Shown: one piece after another, positions 27,919 to 44,530 of the stretch | Layout of the letters: each line of letters opens with the position of its first letter | Numbering within the stretch: position 1 is the stretch's first letter | Notes under the pieces: model-generated | Database searches by the model: none | Told to the model about the DNA's origin: nothing | The model's input: the letters and a program-made list of their open reading frames with translations, nothing else | Assembly (NCBI GenBank): GCA_951406725.2 | Contig: OX597823.1 | Location: 28,644,001 to 28,708,000 of the forward strand | Direction: 5' to 3' | DNA length: 64,000 nucleotides | DNA from: Octopus vulgaris | Lineage: Eukaryota | Position numbers and translations under genes: made by a program

Positions 27919-28569
27919 CTGAGTGAGAGAGGTAGGTGGGAGAGGGAATGAGAGAAAGTTAGAGAAAGATAGATAAATAAGTAGATAGATTCATGCATTT
28001 CTTTGAAGATATGCCCCTATTTCATATATACAAATATTAAATATTAAAATAGACATGCGCATTATATACCTATACACACATACATACATACGTACATACA
28101 TAAATTATATGTAAATATATATATATATATCCATATACGCACATAACTAATGTAGGCATAAATGTATGCTTCAACCCACTAATCTATTTCTTTTTATGTG
28201 TGTGTATGTGTATATGTGCGTGCGTGTGCGTGTGTATGTGATTGTGTGTATATGTGTGCATGCGTGAGTTTGTGTGTGTGTATGCACGTATGATCAAAGT
28301 CACCATTTTTGTTCTTAATTTATTTTAATCGAATATAAAACCCATAAAAGTGCTCAACGAAAGTTGATATAGTTCGCGCCTACGAGAGACATTATTGAAG
28401 AATTAAATATGAAAGCCAAATTCGCCGAAGCTTATTAAATAAAATACGAGTTATCGTCTTAAATCTTCATTAATAATCTTTCGCGTGACAAGATCTGGCG
28501 TGATGTTACCATGGTTACAGGTTCAGTGGTCCCACACATTAGCTGACATCAATTTTCATACACACGAAT

Positions 28570-28612
<43 letters not shown>

Positions 28613-28643
28613 CATAGACACAGACACAGACACACACACACAC

Positions 28644-28686
<43 letters not shown>

Positions 28687-29476
28687 TAAGGGTACCAGAA
28701 GAATATTCGCTGATATACATTAACTGAATTCGGGGGAATAAGCAGAAGTTCTAAGCTACACCACCCCGTACAAATAACGAATCGAATCGTAAACTGAAAT
28801 GCCAGATATACTCGTATCCCCATGATTTTGAACTTTGTGAAAATTCCACTTAGTTCTCCTCAACGAGTCTTACTGCTCATTACCCTGATTTCAAATAATG
28901 TGTAACAGTGAAGATTTGTGGTTGTAGTTGTCTTTCGACTCCCATTTTTAGCGTGCTTGTGCTGATTGTAGCAACCTTAATTATTAATTAATAATTTTTC
29001 ACATTATGGTATTTTTTTCAACATTCTCACCACTTCATACTTTTGTAAACATTAATATTCTTATATATTTTTTATAACTCATTATTCACTTCGATCAACT
29101 TTTTAAATTTGCCGCGGCATTAAAAACGGTTATTACACATATAGTTGAGATGGACAGTCTTGTATGATAATCCGGTCAGTAAGAACGCTGATGAGAACTA
29201 AGTAGAATTTTCACAAAGTTCGAAATTCTGACGATATGGATATGTCTGGCTCTTCAATTTACGATTATTTTCGTTATTGATTCGGGGGCTTGGAAATTCT
29301 GTTCATCCCGCGGATTTCAATTAATGTATGTCAGTCAAAATCTGTGGTTGTAATCGTCTTGCGACTGCTCTTTGTCTCGCGTTTGTGCTGCTTGTAATTA
29401 TTAACTAATATTTTTTTACCTTATAGTCTTTTTCGCATGCTTACCACTTTATATTATTGTAAACAATAATGTCCTA

Positions 29477-29531
<55 letters not shown>

Positions 29532-29617
29532 ACACGGTTGTTTTGAAAAATTAGGATATACAGGCAACTAGTTTACATGCGAATCTAGTTGTGTGTATAT
29601 TTGAAATCTAAAGGCTC

Positions 29618-29683
29618 CCTACTGACAAAAACTAGCCTCAGTAAATATTTTTTACTGGAATGAGTTAAAAACCATGGTCTAGG
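29618..29683 (+). ncRNA. Degenerate hammerhead motif
   Basis: ccta-CTGACAA-long stem II-AAAA-ccatgg-TC-tagg; stem I and palindromic ACCATGGT intact, G8 and G12 mutated. Confidence 0.45.
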
Positions 29684-32496
29684 AACTAAATTAGATGGTA
29701 AACGTTTTTAATTTTCAATCCTTTCGAGAATGTATCCATAATTAGTGGTTTGAGTTTTCTACTGCTCTTTCTAGCACAAGGCTTTCCTATTTGGAAGCCT
29801 CTTAATGTGTTCTAATGTACACGATATTTTTTTATGTGTATATATATATATATATGATGTTAATTCTGACACAAGGTGCCAAATAGTGGCCTTGTTTGTC
29901 TCTTCTATGTTTAGACCCTGTGGGCAATAAAGAAATATATATATTAATTGATCTAATTTACATAGAGAACAAACGACAGAAAAAATTATATAGGAAGAGG
30001 TTAGGTCTAATAGCTGTATCTGGTGGCTCAGAAATCTATCATAATGTTTGGAGATATAATTTACCATAACATACAAGCCGCAATGGAAACAAATACACAT
30101 GGGATTAATGGAGCCTCCGTCATCAGCGTACAAAAACATCTTACATTTCAGATAACGATGCAGAGAATTTTAAAGGTGGAATCTACCTTTAAACTCTGTC
30201 AGAATTGCCAACATTTAAGAAATATAAATAAGTAGGACTACAGCCTGTCTAACACGAATGTGAATAGCAGAAATAATTTGTAAACTATAGAAGACTTAAA
30301 AGACACATCTATTCAAAATATGCCATTAAACAGCAACATTACAAATAAAATCTGTTAGTGGAAAAACATGCTTATATATGCGAACAGATTACGGGCGCCA
30401 CATACGGTATTTGTCCCTATCAGAATATGTGAGAATACAGTTAATGACGATGTTCTAAAAAAAAACAGGTATTCACGGTACTAAATTCCAGTAAATTAAA
30501 GAAGTGACATGGGTAATTAATTCAAGTATTATTTATTACTTCCACTTTATTAAAGTATTCCGATTAATTATTGCTTTAATCAAGGGACAGCCAGCAAATA
30601 ATCATTCAGGGAAAATTATTTAAAGAAAAACACAGTATCTAGGAAATGTCGCTGCGAAATTTTGGACGACAGGGAGGGAAAAAAAGGAGAGAAAAAAAGG
30701 AACAGAAAAGAATTATTAGTGTATTATACCCTATAAATACTTAAGTAGGAACATATTAGGATAATTCTAAAAGAGGAAGGGGTCAATACAGCTTGCAGGA
30801 TGAGGGTTTGGGCATTAATAAACAACCAAATGTGTATACTAGAGTAATGAAAGTAGTTAAGGTAATAATCTGTATCAACATAAAGGATACAATTTCATTT
30901 TAGTTAAACAGTGAAATTTAGGGAGGCTGCTTATTTGGTCTTTATGACTTAACGAGTCGAATGTCTAGAGATGGAAAAGCAGAACTGATTTCCCCATCAA
31001 ATAAGAAGAAAATCGATAACCATCGACCCAAATGATGTTATTATTCGTTATTTTTACATAATAACTGAGATTAAAGCTAGCCACTCAAAAACATAACGGT
31101 TTTGTAGATAGGTCAGATCAATATTATAATAATTTGAAATTACTGAGAGCATTTAAAAAATGCTAAAAGAATTGATAGGATTATAACGAATTATCAAGAT
31201 TTACGAAGGCTATAACTATGGAGGATAACGCAAACATTATAAAGAACTCACCCGAGTTTAGAAGCAAACTGAATAAATTATGAAATATATAAAATTATAA
31301 GCATTAATAGATACCGTTAGAACTTAGGATACACAAAAGTAGCTTAAATATGATCACGTATTAGTATTAACAGTATTAAGATAGGCTAGGCTACCTAAAT
31401 ATAATTCAAAACATCGTACAAACAAATAAAATCTACACTGTAGGATTATAGATACGTATGGTATCGGCTTAAATTTTAAGAAACTTCTATGGATAGAACG
31501 CAGGCATTTGATCCTTTATCCTTCTGATCTATTTATATCATCATCCATGTTTCTTAAGATATCCAACAAGTTCAAACAGCAGGGATTACAACCATATTTA
31601 TCACTAACAGGAAGTTTAAATTATCTAGCGATGTTCCAAGTTAAATGGAAATGAATTTTTTTTGTCTTTTAACTTCCAAACGTACTCAGTGAGCAATGTT
31701 GCTTTCTCTTTTTCTCTCCTTCTAAATGCATGAAGATTTAAAATTAAAAGAAGTGGATCTTGAGAGCATGTCGATTTGTTTTAATATTACAATTGTATAC
31801 AGTGTTTTTGGTCATCTATTTTGTGAATTTATGATTCTGTGTGGTCACCAGATAGTGCATTCCTGTCTGTGTACATATCAATACCCTATATTTTTCCAAG
31901 AAATCCATGCGTAAACACGCATGTGCGCCTACACATTAACTATCTGTTTTAGTCATGATTCGCAGGTGCGGACGACATGGTACTTGTACCATGTTTTTGC
32001 TAATTGCTTTAGGTGCCTAAGCAACTGTAAGGTGACACACACATCCTTTCAGCCTTTCCAAACTTCACCCATCGAAAGAAATAGGATGTTGCAGTTGAAT
32101 GGACAGGGGGCTGTACCAGAATTTAGGTGGTATTCATTTTCAACTAAGTCAAATTTAACAATGTAGAATATTATACTTTACCACAGACGCGAACACACCA
32201 TCTGATCTAGGATTCGAAACTACTATCATATGATCTTAACCCAACACTCTAGACACGCAGACACATAAACACAAGCATTGACATGTGCATACATAAAATG
32301 TTTTACGTTTTTATATTAATCTGCAGGACAATAAAAATGGCGGGAATTATTTTGGTGAATTGCACGTTCTATATAAGCCGACCATATGAAAACTACAGTA
32401 AGACAAAATGTTCAAAACATCCAGTTCTTTATTTTCTCAATAAGAATTTGTACATGGACGTGTCCACACCAATACACACTATTAGTGTATATATCC

Positions 32497-32556
<60 letters not shown>

Positions 32557-32731
32557 GTCTACCTACCTACCTATCTACCTACCTATTTATTTATCCATCT
32601 ATCTATCTACCTACCTACCTATCTACCTACCTATCTATCTATCTATCTATATATCTATCTATCTATCTATTTATCTATCTATTTACCTATCTATCTATTT
32701 ATCTATCATTCTACCTGTCTACCTATTCATC

Positions 32732-32781
<50 letters not shown>

Positions 32782-32848
32782 GCGCGCACACACACATGTA
32801 TGTATATATATATATATATATATATATACACGCGCGCACACACACATG

Positions 32849-32893
<45 letters not shown>

Positions 32894-33343
32894 ATGCGTG
32901 TTTGATTTTATATATAGGCGTCTACGTGTATTTATATGACATTTTTAATGTACATCGCACAGTACATACTTTTATCGTTAGCAAGACTACGTGCTCATGT
33001 GTTTGTACGTGTCGAATCTATACGCACATGCTCACACGCCATACATAAACTTGAATCAAACGATGATATCGATTAAATAGATAATTTTCAGACTATTCAC
33101 GTTCTAAGTATCATCTTACGTGAAATCTTTTATTGAATTTCTATGCTAGCTTTTAGACTCTTCGTATCAAAAGGACTCTAAAATATTCTTTCATATCTTA
33201 TACGACAAATGGAACATAGACTTACGTACGATGCATAACTTTCATTGCCCTACATACACAATTCCCGCCCCTTTTTTTAATTCCCGCATCTCTTTTCACC
33301 GCATTTGTATATTTGACTACTTGTCTATCTATCTGTCTACTTG

Positions 33344-33503
<160 letters not shown>

Positions 33504-33547
33504 TGTCTGTCTACTATCTATCTATCTCTCTATCTATTTATTTATTT

Positions 33548-35909
<2,362 letters not shown>

Positions 35910-36129
35910 ATCCAAATATCATTTTCTGCTCCTTCGTTTTCATTCACACATTTCGCTTTGTCCTCTTAGTCCAGCGCCCGTGTTTAACTTATTTCATCTT
36001 TGAAATGTATGATACATATATACATACATTCATAGAGACTTACATGCATACATACATGCATGCATACATAGATACATAGATACATACATACATACATACA
36101 TACATACATACATACATACACATGTACAT

Positions 36130-36162
<33 letters not shown>

Positions 36163-36402
36163 ATATTAGGGAGTATAACCCCAAACTTACAGGGAAAAAT
36201 TCATTTTAGTATTAAATCAAATTTCACAATATAAATATATAAAATATAAATTAGAGATAAAACCACTATTCTGCAATTCAAACAATGATAGACATAACCA
36301 AATCTTACATAAAAATGAAATATATATTTTAAAACATAACTAAATCAAAAAAGTACAAAAATGAATAAATAGAATGATATAAATAACTTATATATTATAT
36401 AA

Positions 36403-36647
36403 TCTTTATATATAAAAGTGAGATTGTGTGCTGTCTGTCTCCTACGATTTAGATTCCTAACTACTCCCACATTTTGCGGTGCAGTTTAACCATAACCGGG
36501 TATCTTATAGTCGTGATTCATATCGATCCCTTCTGGGTATTAGCGCGCGTCTATGATGAGTCTACGATTTAAAGAAAAATTACCATCAATTTTTCCCATT
36601 TTTCCCAAACGAGTTATTTACCGAGCAACGCCGGGCGATACTGGTAG
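36403..36647 (+). mobile_element. Non-autonomous Helitron, copy 1
   Basis: A|TC start, 3' CCGAGCAACGCCGGG hairpin-like motif, GTAG|T end (mutated CTAG). Confidence 0.75.
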
Positions 36648-36791
36648 TTTATTGTATATTGTTTATTCATACTTGTACTTTTTGTGATCTAGTTATGTTT
36701 TCAAAAACATATTTTATTATTTATTTATGACTTGGTTTATGTCTATTTTTGTTTGAGTTGCATAACAGTGGTTTTTCTCTAATTCATATAT

Positions 36792-36838
<47 letters not shown>

Positions 36839-36887
36839 CGTTTAAATATTTGTTGGCTAAACTGGCAATATGACCATTCCGAAATAT

Positions 36888-36904
<17 letters not shown>

Positions 36905-36924
<20 letters not shown>

Positions 36925-37208
36925 GTGAAGTTGTGTGCTGTCTGTCTCCTACGATTTAGATTCCTAACTACTCCCACATTTTGCGGTGCAGTTTAACCAA
37001 AAGCAGGTATCTTATAGTCGTGATTCATATCGATCCCTTCTGGGTATTAGCGCGCGTCTACGATGAGTCTACGATTAAAAAAAAATTTTCCATAATTGTT
37101 TTCCATTTTTAATGCATTTTTTGCTATTATATAGGGGAAGTAACTCTCTAAAATGCTTATATAGTTATTTCCCTTACAAACCCGAGCAACGCCAGGCGAT
37201 ACTGCTAG
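36905..37208 (+). mobile_element. Non-autonomous Helitron, copy 2
   Basis: Homologous to copy 1; ends CCCGAGCAACGCCAGGCGATACTGCTAG|T. Confidence 0.8.
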
Positions 37209-37265
<57 letters not shown>

Positions 37266-37296
37266 ACATATATGTATACACATATATTTATAGAAA

Positions 37297-37619
37297 GGAG
37301 CATTTCGTCAGTTACGACAACTAGGGTCGCAGCTGATACGATCAACAGAACAGCCTGCTCGTGAAATTAACATGCAAGTGATTGAGCCCTCCACAGACAC
37401 ATGTACCCTTAATGTAGTTCTTAGGGAGATTCAGCGTGACACAGAGTATGTCAAGGCCGGCCCATTGAAATACAGGTACTACCCATTTTTGTCAGATGAG
37501 TAAACTGGAACAACCTGAAATAAAGTCTCTTGCTCAAGGACTCAACGCGTCGCCGGGAGTTGAACTCACAGTCATACGATCGTGAGCCGATTGCCCTAAC
37601 CACTAAGTCATGCGCCTTC
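37297..37619 (-). mobile_element. tRNA-derived SINE (family A 3' half with a different central part)
   Basis: Shares CAGCCTGCTCGTGAAATTAAC..GAAATACAGGTAC with family A. Confidence 0.8.
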
Positions 37620-37651
37620 ACTATATATATATAAATACATACATACACACA

Positions 37652-37746
<95 letters not shown>

Positions 37747-37757
37747 TATATATATAT

Positions 37758-38082
37758 ATCACGTGATCACATGACCGACCAGTCCATCAGGTCTAGTTAC
37801 ACATCGCTGGTCACAATGCTTTCGCATTGTTTTAGCCTTCGAATGACGCCACCCCGCTTGCTCAGCGAGCAGGCCAACAGAAGAAAGAGTGGGAGAAAGA
37901 GTGTTGAAAGAGTACAGCAGGGATCACGCCCGGTCTGGGAATCGAAACCGCGATCCTACGACCGCGAGTCCGTTGCCCTAAGCACTGGGCCATTGCGCCT
38001 CCACTTTTAACGTAAAGGCAGACGAAATGCCGCTAAGAATTTCGCCCGGCGGGCTAACGTTTCTGCCAGCTTGCCGCCTTAT
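37758..38082 (-). mobile_element. Adjacent SINEs: family A head with a different body (to ~38003) and a family B head
   Basis: GGAGGCGCAATGGCCCAGTG..GTTTCGATTCCC; AAGGCGGCAAGCTGGCAGAAACGTTAG. Confidence 0.75.
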
Positions 38083-38116
38083 ATACATATATATATATAT
38101 ATATATTTTTTATATA

Positions 38117-38209
38117 TTCTACAGGACTAGTACTGTTTCATTCAAGAGAAATCTTCAGAAATGCTTCCTGAAGATTTCTCTTGAATGAAACAGTACTAGT
38201 CCTGTAGAA
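38117..38209. repeat. Perfect 42-bp inverted repeat whose arms carry a hammerhead core
   Basis: Arms 38117-38158 and 38168-38209; the arm reads CTGAAGA-tttctcttgaat-GAAAC-agtacta-GTC. Confidence 0.85.
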
Positions 38210-38294
38210 CTCCTTCTATATAATAAATTAATTTTACTCTGCTATGTATTGAGTACCTTACTTACTGTGGTTAACCCCGAATCAACCCGGGACC

Positions 38295-38382
<88 letters not shown>

Positions 38383-39567
38383 TATATATATATATTGTAA
38401 AGAAACATACAGAGAGAAAAAGAGGGAGAGAAAGAAAGAGAGTGTGTGTGCGTTGTGGCTCTCCAGTATGGCTGCAGTCAAAAATACATATGTAAGTATA
38501 TCAAGAGAAAGAGTGAAAGAAACAAAAAACGAATAAAAAGAAAGAAAGAGTGTAATTGAGATTGGGAGGGAAATGAATGTTCAGTCATTTAATTTTCATG
38601 TTGTGAGGTCCGTCTTATTAATCACAAATTAATAATCCCTCTTTAGCGTTCATTTTTAATATATATCGAACAACGTATAGTCGTATTCTTTCTAGGATAT
38701 TCAATATTAATCCAGTATCACCAAATAATAAATACATAAAAACACAATTAATACATTCTTTGATCTCCAGAATTCATGTGGAGGTGTTTGGAGAGGATGT
38801 TGTTAGATATTATAAAGATCGTCTTTTTATGATACGTCACGCCATATTCTGTTTCGGGTCCCATCCCATCTTTGTACGTCGTTGTCGTTAATAATTTTCA
38901 TTTCGTCCCGCTCGCAATATTCATATATGAAATAGAGCTTAATTTGAGATTTCTAATTAGTATGCTAATTAGTACGGCAAATCTTGTTTCATTGAAGTAG
39001 TCATCTGAAACGCAAGATACATCGGTCAGTAATAGTTCATGATGAACTGATGTTGCAGCAATTGTTGTCCATTTTTAGAAAAGTAGTCCGGATTAGAAGA
39101 GATTCAGCGGAACTAAATGCGCTCAAAACGTGAACAAATCAAAGTGGATAGGAATAGACTCAATGATTAGAACCATGGTGGATTAAACGAGGTGTATGAG
39201 TGGCTAATTTTAATGAGATATTGATGGAGTTTATGAATCTAGAGAGTTAATAGAAGAAAAGGATTAGTTGCTTACAATGACTGACAATATTGGATGAGAA
39301 AAAAGTACTTTTTAAATTGAACATATTACCTCAGTGGTGTTCATTATATTCCTTTGATGTATTATAGCTAATCTCTGGAGATTTGGGGGTATAAACACAA
39401 ACATCTACATAATTATCTTTTCTGTATATCGGTCTCCCTATCGACCTACATATGTATTTGTTAATTTGTGTGGTTATCGATCAAATGCCCCCTGGACATT
39501 TTATCCCTTTTATATATAAATGTGTGAGAGTATGTGTGCGTGTGTACATAAGTATATACATACATAC

Positions 39568-39619
<52 letters not shown>

Positions 39620-39621
<2 letters not shown>

Positions 39622-40562
39622 GGAAAAAGTCAAGATAGTAAATGCTAAAATAATTTTATAAAAAACATTTTAGTATCGGTCCCAGTCATTGAGACTTTTT
39701 CAACTGTAAGTATGAAAAACAATTAAATTTTGGAAAAATTAAGAGTAAAGTTCTTTTGAAAAGAATATTTGCATAGTGTTCAAATATAAGTGACGTTTTC
39801 CTTGTTTCTGCCTGTCTCTGTTTCTCTTGCTTACTCTTGTGAGTTCGAGGTCGTTGTGAATTCTTGGTAGGGAAGAAGAAAAAGAAGAAGAAGAAGAAGA
39901 AGAAGAAGAAGAAGAAGAAGAAGAAGAAGAAGAAGAAGAAGAAGAAGAAGAAGAAGAAGGAGGAGGAATAAGAAGGAATGGAGGTAGTGTGAAAGTTGTA
40001 AGGTCTTAAATGTTCAAATGACTTAAAATAGGCAAGTTATGAATTATAGCAGTGATTGGGACTGTTTTTTAATGAATTCTTTGTAATCTCTTGAGTGTAT
40101 CATATTTAATATTTGCGTGTGTATTTGTGTTATTTTAAGGCCGTGGTAGATATGTCGTTTGTCGTAGACGCGTTCAAATGGGGACTGTATTTTGTAATAA
40201 AGAGAGTCACTTTACTAATTCGTTGGCTCCAGGTTGTATCGTCCCTGAATTAGTAGAGGGGCAAAACTTTGAAGCCTGGATTTTTATTATTGGCGCAAAT
40301 GTCTATGTGTTGGCTGAATGCTATGTTTCTGCTTTGAGGAATTTTGATCTGGGATCTGTGCAGAGCCATTCTTTTACGTAGACTGTTTATTGTTTATCCT
40401 ATATATTGCTCTTGACACCCAGAGCAGGTTAGTGCGTATATCAGGTTTTGCGAGGTACATGTGAAGTTGCTTTTCACTGTGAAACGTTGTCCCTGTTTGA
40501 AGGAGAACTCTGATTACTCATTTAAATTGACGCATATCCCACAGTTGGGTCTTCCGCATTTT
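39620..40562 (-). mobile_element. Penelope-like element 3' part (GIY-YIG and 3' region)
   Basis: KCGRPNCGIC...NFTCTSQNLIYALTCSGCQEQYIG..LRKRMALHRSQI; ends at (TA)n. Confidence 0.88.
39671..39706 (-). ncRNA. Decayed U3-A8 hammerhead in the PLE 3' region
   Basis: Minus strand: cag-TTGAAAA-agtc[tcaat]gact-GGGA-ccga-TA-cta; GAAA is mutated. Confidence 0.5.
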
Positions 40563-41069
40563 TTACTGTTGGTATAGGATGTGATGGTTTAAGGTTTTTT
40601 GAGAGATGCGGTGGGTTTGTGGGTGTTTGTAGGGTGGACTGTATGGGAGGTTGTAGGGAGGGTATGTAGTTATAGTGATTATGTTGGTATGGGATGTGAG
40701 GGTTTGGATATTTGTAGGAAATGTGGTAGGATTGTGGGTGTTGGTTGGATGGATGGATTGTATGGAGTTCGTTGGGTGGGGATTATCTGTATAGGTGTGG
40801 GTAGGATACATTGTTTGTTATTGGTGTGAGAGTGGGGAGTATTGAGAAGGAGATAATTCCTAGTGTATGGGGGGGTTCTCGATGCTTCTTGTCGGTGGGA
40901 AAGGAGGATTAGAATGATTAAAGATCCAGGTTTTGAGGTGACTCTTGTTTGAATTTTTTCGGGCAGGAAAGGGCTTTTTGTATGGTTGGGGAAAGTTTTG
41001 TCCCGTGTGGAGGGGGTTTGAAGATTATGTGTGTTTGAGGTATGGTTTGGGGTGGTGTTAATGGGGGAC

Positions 41070-42120
41070 AGTGGGAAACGTGCCAAGGAAATCGACAATA
41101 ATACACTAAAAACCACCCAACACAGTACTACCCAACCTTTAAAATACTTCCATACATTTCCACCCACAACCCCAAAACCATTGAAGCATACACCACAATC
41201 ATACAAAAACTCTCCTTACTGTCCACAGACCCAAAAATGAATAATATTATCAATACACATAACATCCTTAAATGCAAAAGGCAACATAAATCAGTGAAAA
41301 AACTCTTAACAAATGCCAAATTTCACACACCACATCCACCCTCATCAGTTAAAAAATGTGCATGCCCTAACTGTGGTACCTGTCCTTTTCTACTTGATGG
41401 CTATGACTTTACTTTCAAACAAGGAAGAAAGTTTAAAATCGCGACAAACTTCTCTTGTTCCTCCGAGAACCACATTTACGTTCTTACATGCGCGGTTGCC
41501 AACTTAATTATATCAAACAAACGAGCCTTCCTTTACGCAGAAGAGCAGCAGTCCATAAAACAGATAAATCTCCCACAATACCGTCAAATTCCACTCTGTA
41601 GCCACATAGACTCTTGCGCTAGAAATAAAAATCCCAAATTTCATATATTCCCTTTCTATCAATGTAAAGACAGAATCTCTACACAAGAAAAAATTAACAA
41701 GGAGAATCTTTTTATTGAAATATTCCAAACGCTTCTTAATATGGAAACTCCATGGTGACCGTATTACATTTCCTAGCATCCTGTTTGACAAAAAATCCAG
41801 CATTCCAATTTAAGAGTATAAAATCCACAGAATTGTTTCCCCTTATTCACAGGAAGTGGATAACTTCTACAGCATTTCTTGTTTTCACACATAAGCATCA
41901 AACCTTTTGAAACAAAGCACTACACTTGAACACATGCATCCTAATCCTCCAAAGAAGTTTTTCCATGGAATAATATTGAACTCTAAAAACATACAATGTA
42001 TTGGTATACTTATTTATTAATTTTTGAATATATTTATTATTTTTTTAAAAAAAACATTGTAAATTTCTTTTTTCCCCTTTCTCAATTTAAAAGAAAGTTC
42101 CCCCCTCCAAATCTAGGTTT
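41070..42120 (+). mobile_element. Penelope-like element 3' part (GIY-YIG)
   Basis: ILPYISTHNP..KCACPNCGTC..NFSCSSENHIYVLTC..SHIDSC..FHIFPFYQ; ends at (TA)n. Confidence 0.88.
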
Positions 42121-42486
42121 ATATATACGTATATATATATATATATACACCTATAAATACACATTGTAAATAGAAGTATACATAAATGATCATACACTTG
42201 TTATCTCTGGCTTTGTGCCATTTTTATAGAGGAGTAAATATGCATTAAAAGTTTAGGATACATCAAGGTGGGCATCATGCATAATTGCTCATATACATGC
42301 ACACACACACACGCATATACATATATATGTATACATATATATACATATATATGTATATGTATATATGTGTGTGTATTTATATAAATTGTACATACGCATA
42401 ATTACATATATATAGAAATACATATATAACATATATATATGAACATGTATACATGTACATACATACATACAGACATACATTCATAC

Positions 42487-42559
<73 letters not shown>

Positions 42560-43554
42560 GTTCATAGCGACATTCACAGAAATAGACTTTCCCTCATAAA
42601 CATACCTGTTCACAATTATATACAGCTATATTAAGAAATTCTTTACTCTGAAGGCCACCGCTGATTTGCCTATTTGTGTACGAGCAAAGATATTGATCTG
42701 ACTAATGTAAGTTTAACGTATAATTTCTCCGAAAACCCGTTATTCATTTCTCTTTCTGTAGATTTAAGTATTTTTCTCGGTTAATACTGTAAGAAAATAG
42801 TATATTAGTAAACTTACTTGTTAAATGTGTCCAAGGTTTCAAGCGGTACCAACGTCAAATAATGATGCATTCAAAGCAGGCACTGTTCTAGGTGCTCAAT
42901 AGCAGGATATTCGTTGAAATAAATAAGATATTTGACGGTAACCATCGAAATATATTGAGTGAAACATCACATAGGCGCAGGAGTGGTTGTGTGGTATTAG
43001 CCATTAAGATGTTATATCTGGTTCGGCAGGGATTTTACCCGGTTAACCGTTTCGACATATTCCTACATACTGGGCCATCTGAAATCGCAGTCAAACTTTT
43101 GTGTGTACCTCAACCCGTTGAGAGTGATGTTTGTTTATTTCCCTCCCCATAATGCCACCCTCTGTGCACAATTGATCAGCATGTCCAGTCTCAGTAAATT
43201 TCGCAGAAAAATATTAAGGTTATATCATAAAATAGAATCCATGTGACCATTTACATGAAGATATAAAAGTTACAGCTAAAAATAAATCGCTATGTGTATT
43301 TGCATGCAAAAAGCCTATTGACTTTATAAAACCCCTGTTCAGGCGCAATTATCGATTTTCTGTCACTGCCATGAGCCTCGCGCACGCATCAATTTTCATC
43401 AAAATCGGACAAATACAAATCGCTGCCAACTGAGCATTATCGTGTTTTCGAAATATTCCCACCTTATTTGAACTTTGCTTGACAACATCACTTGATAGCA
43501 GATACAGGTGTGTTTGCGTCCCAGTAAATTAGCGGTTCGGCAGGACGTGCAACA

Positions 43555-44530
43555 GAAATCGACATAGAAACTTTGAGAAATATTCAACACAGCAACACAT
43601 CATCCCCGAAAATACTGCCTTGCATATCCACATACAACCCCAGAAACAAAGAAGCCTTCACCATCATCACCCAGAAGTTACCAATACTTCATAAAGACCC
43701 CAAATTAAAGGAAATTCTAAACATACATAAAATCATTAAAAGCTACAAACAACCTAAATCACTAAAAAAGATTCTCATAAAGGCAAAATTGTTTTCTGAA
43801 ATTATGGATGCAAAAGTAACAAATGTTGTAGACCAAACTGCGCAACATGCCCAAACCTTCTAGAAGGATCAGAATTCTTCTTCAAAAGGGGACGAAAATT
43901 CAAGATCAAATCTAATTTTACTTGTGCTTCATAAAACATAATTTATGTCATAAGATGCTTGGGCTGCCACCAAAACTACGTAGGGTCCATGGGATTATCA
44001 CTCAGATGCAGATGCACTCTTCCTCGACAACAGATTCCATTTCCAGAATACAGAATGATACGCTTTAGTGAGCATATTGAGAAATGCGCAAAGAAACTAC
44101 TACCACAATTTTTTATCTTTCCATTCTATCAATGTGCTATTGGAACACCAACACAAATTAGATTAAACAAGGAAACATTCTTCATTGAAAAATATAAGCC
44201 TAAACTTAACCATCCTAACATTCTTATACAGAGAAACTCATCTCATTGAAAAAAAGAAAAAATATAAAGTGATTATCTCCCTTATACCGGAAGAAATCCC
44301 TGATTACCTCCCCCGCCTGGAACTCTTCTTTGCACTAGATAACGAAGACATGACACTATGTAGGTAAAGAAATTTGAGAAATTTGAAAAGTTTACACGAA
44401 ACCGGTTATTTCTCCCAAAACTATGTTACTATACACAAAATTTTATAACATTTCTCTAACATAACGACTTAAATATATTCTTTAACCTTATAAAACAAGC
44501 CTTCTGAAGTTTTTTCACTCTTTTCTATTT
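43555..44530 (+). mobile_element. Penelope-like element 3' part (GIY-YIG and HHR)
   Basis: LPCISTYNPRN..CRPNCATC..NIIYVIRCLGCHQNYVG..KETFFIEKYKPKLN; ends at (TA)n. Confidence 0.88.
44376..44414 (+). ncRNA. Minimal hammerhead, U3-A8 variant
   Basis: gagaaat-TTGAAAA-gt[ttac]ac-GAAA-ccgg-TT-atttctc; 7-bp stem I, palindromic ACCGGT. Confidence 0.75.

Noticed and set aside
42017-42066. Possible U3-type HHR relic behind the second PLE copy
   Set aside because: Nearly pure A/T, so the apparent pairing is expected by chance.
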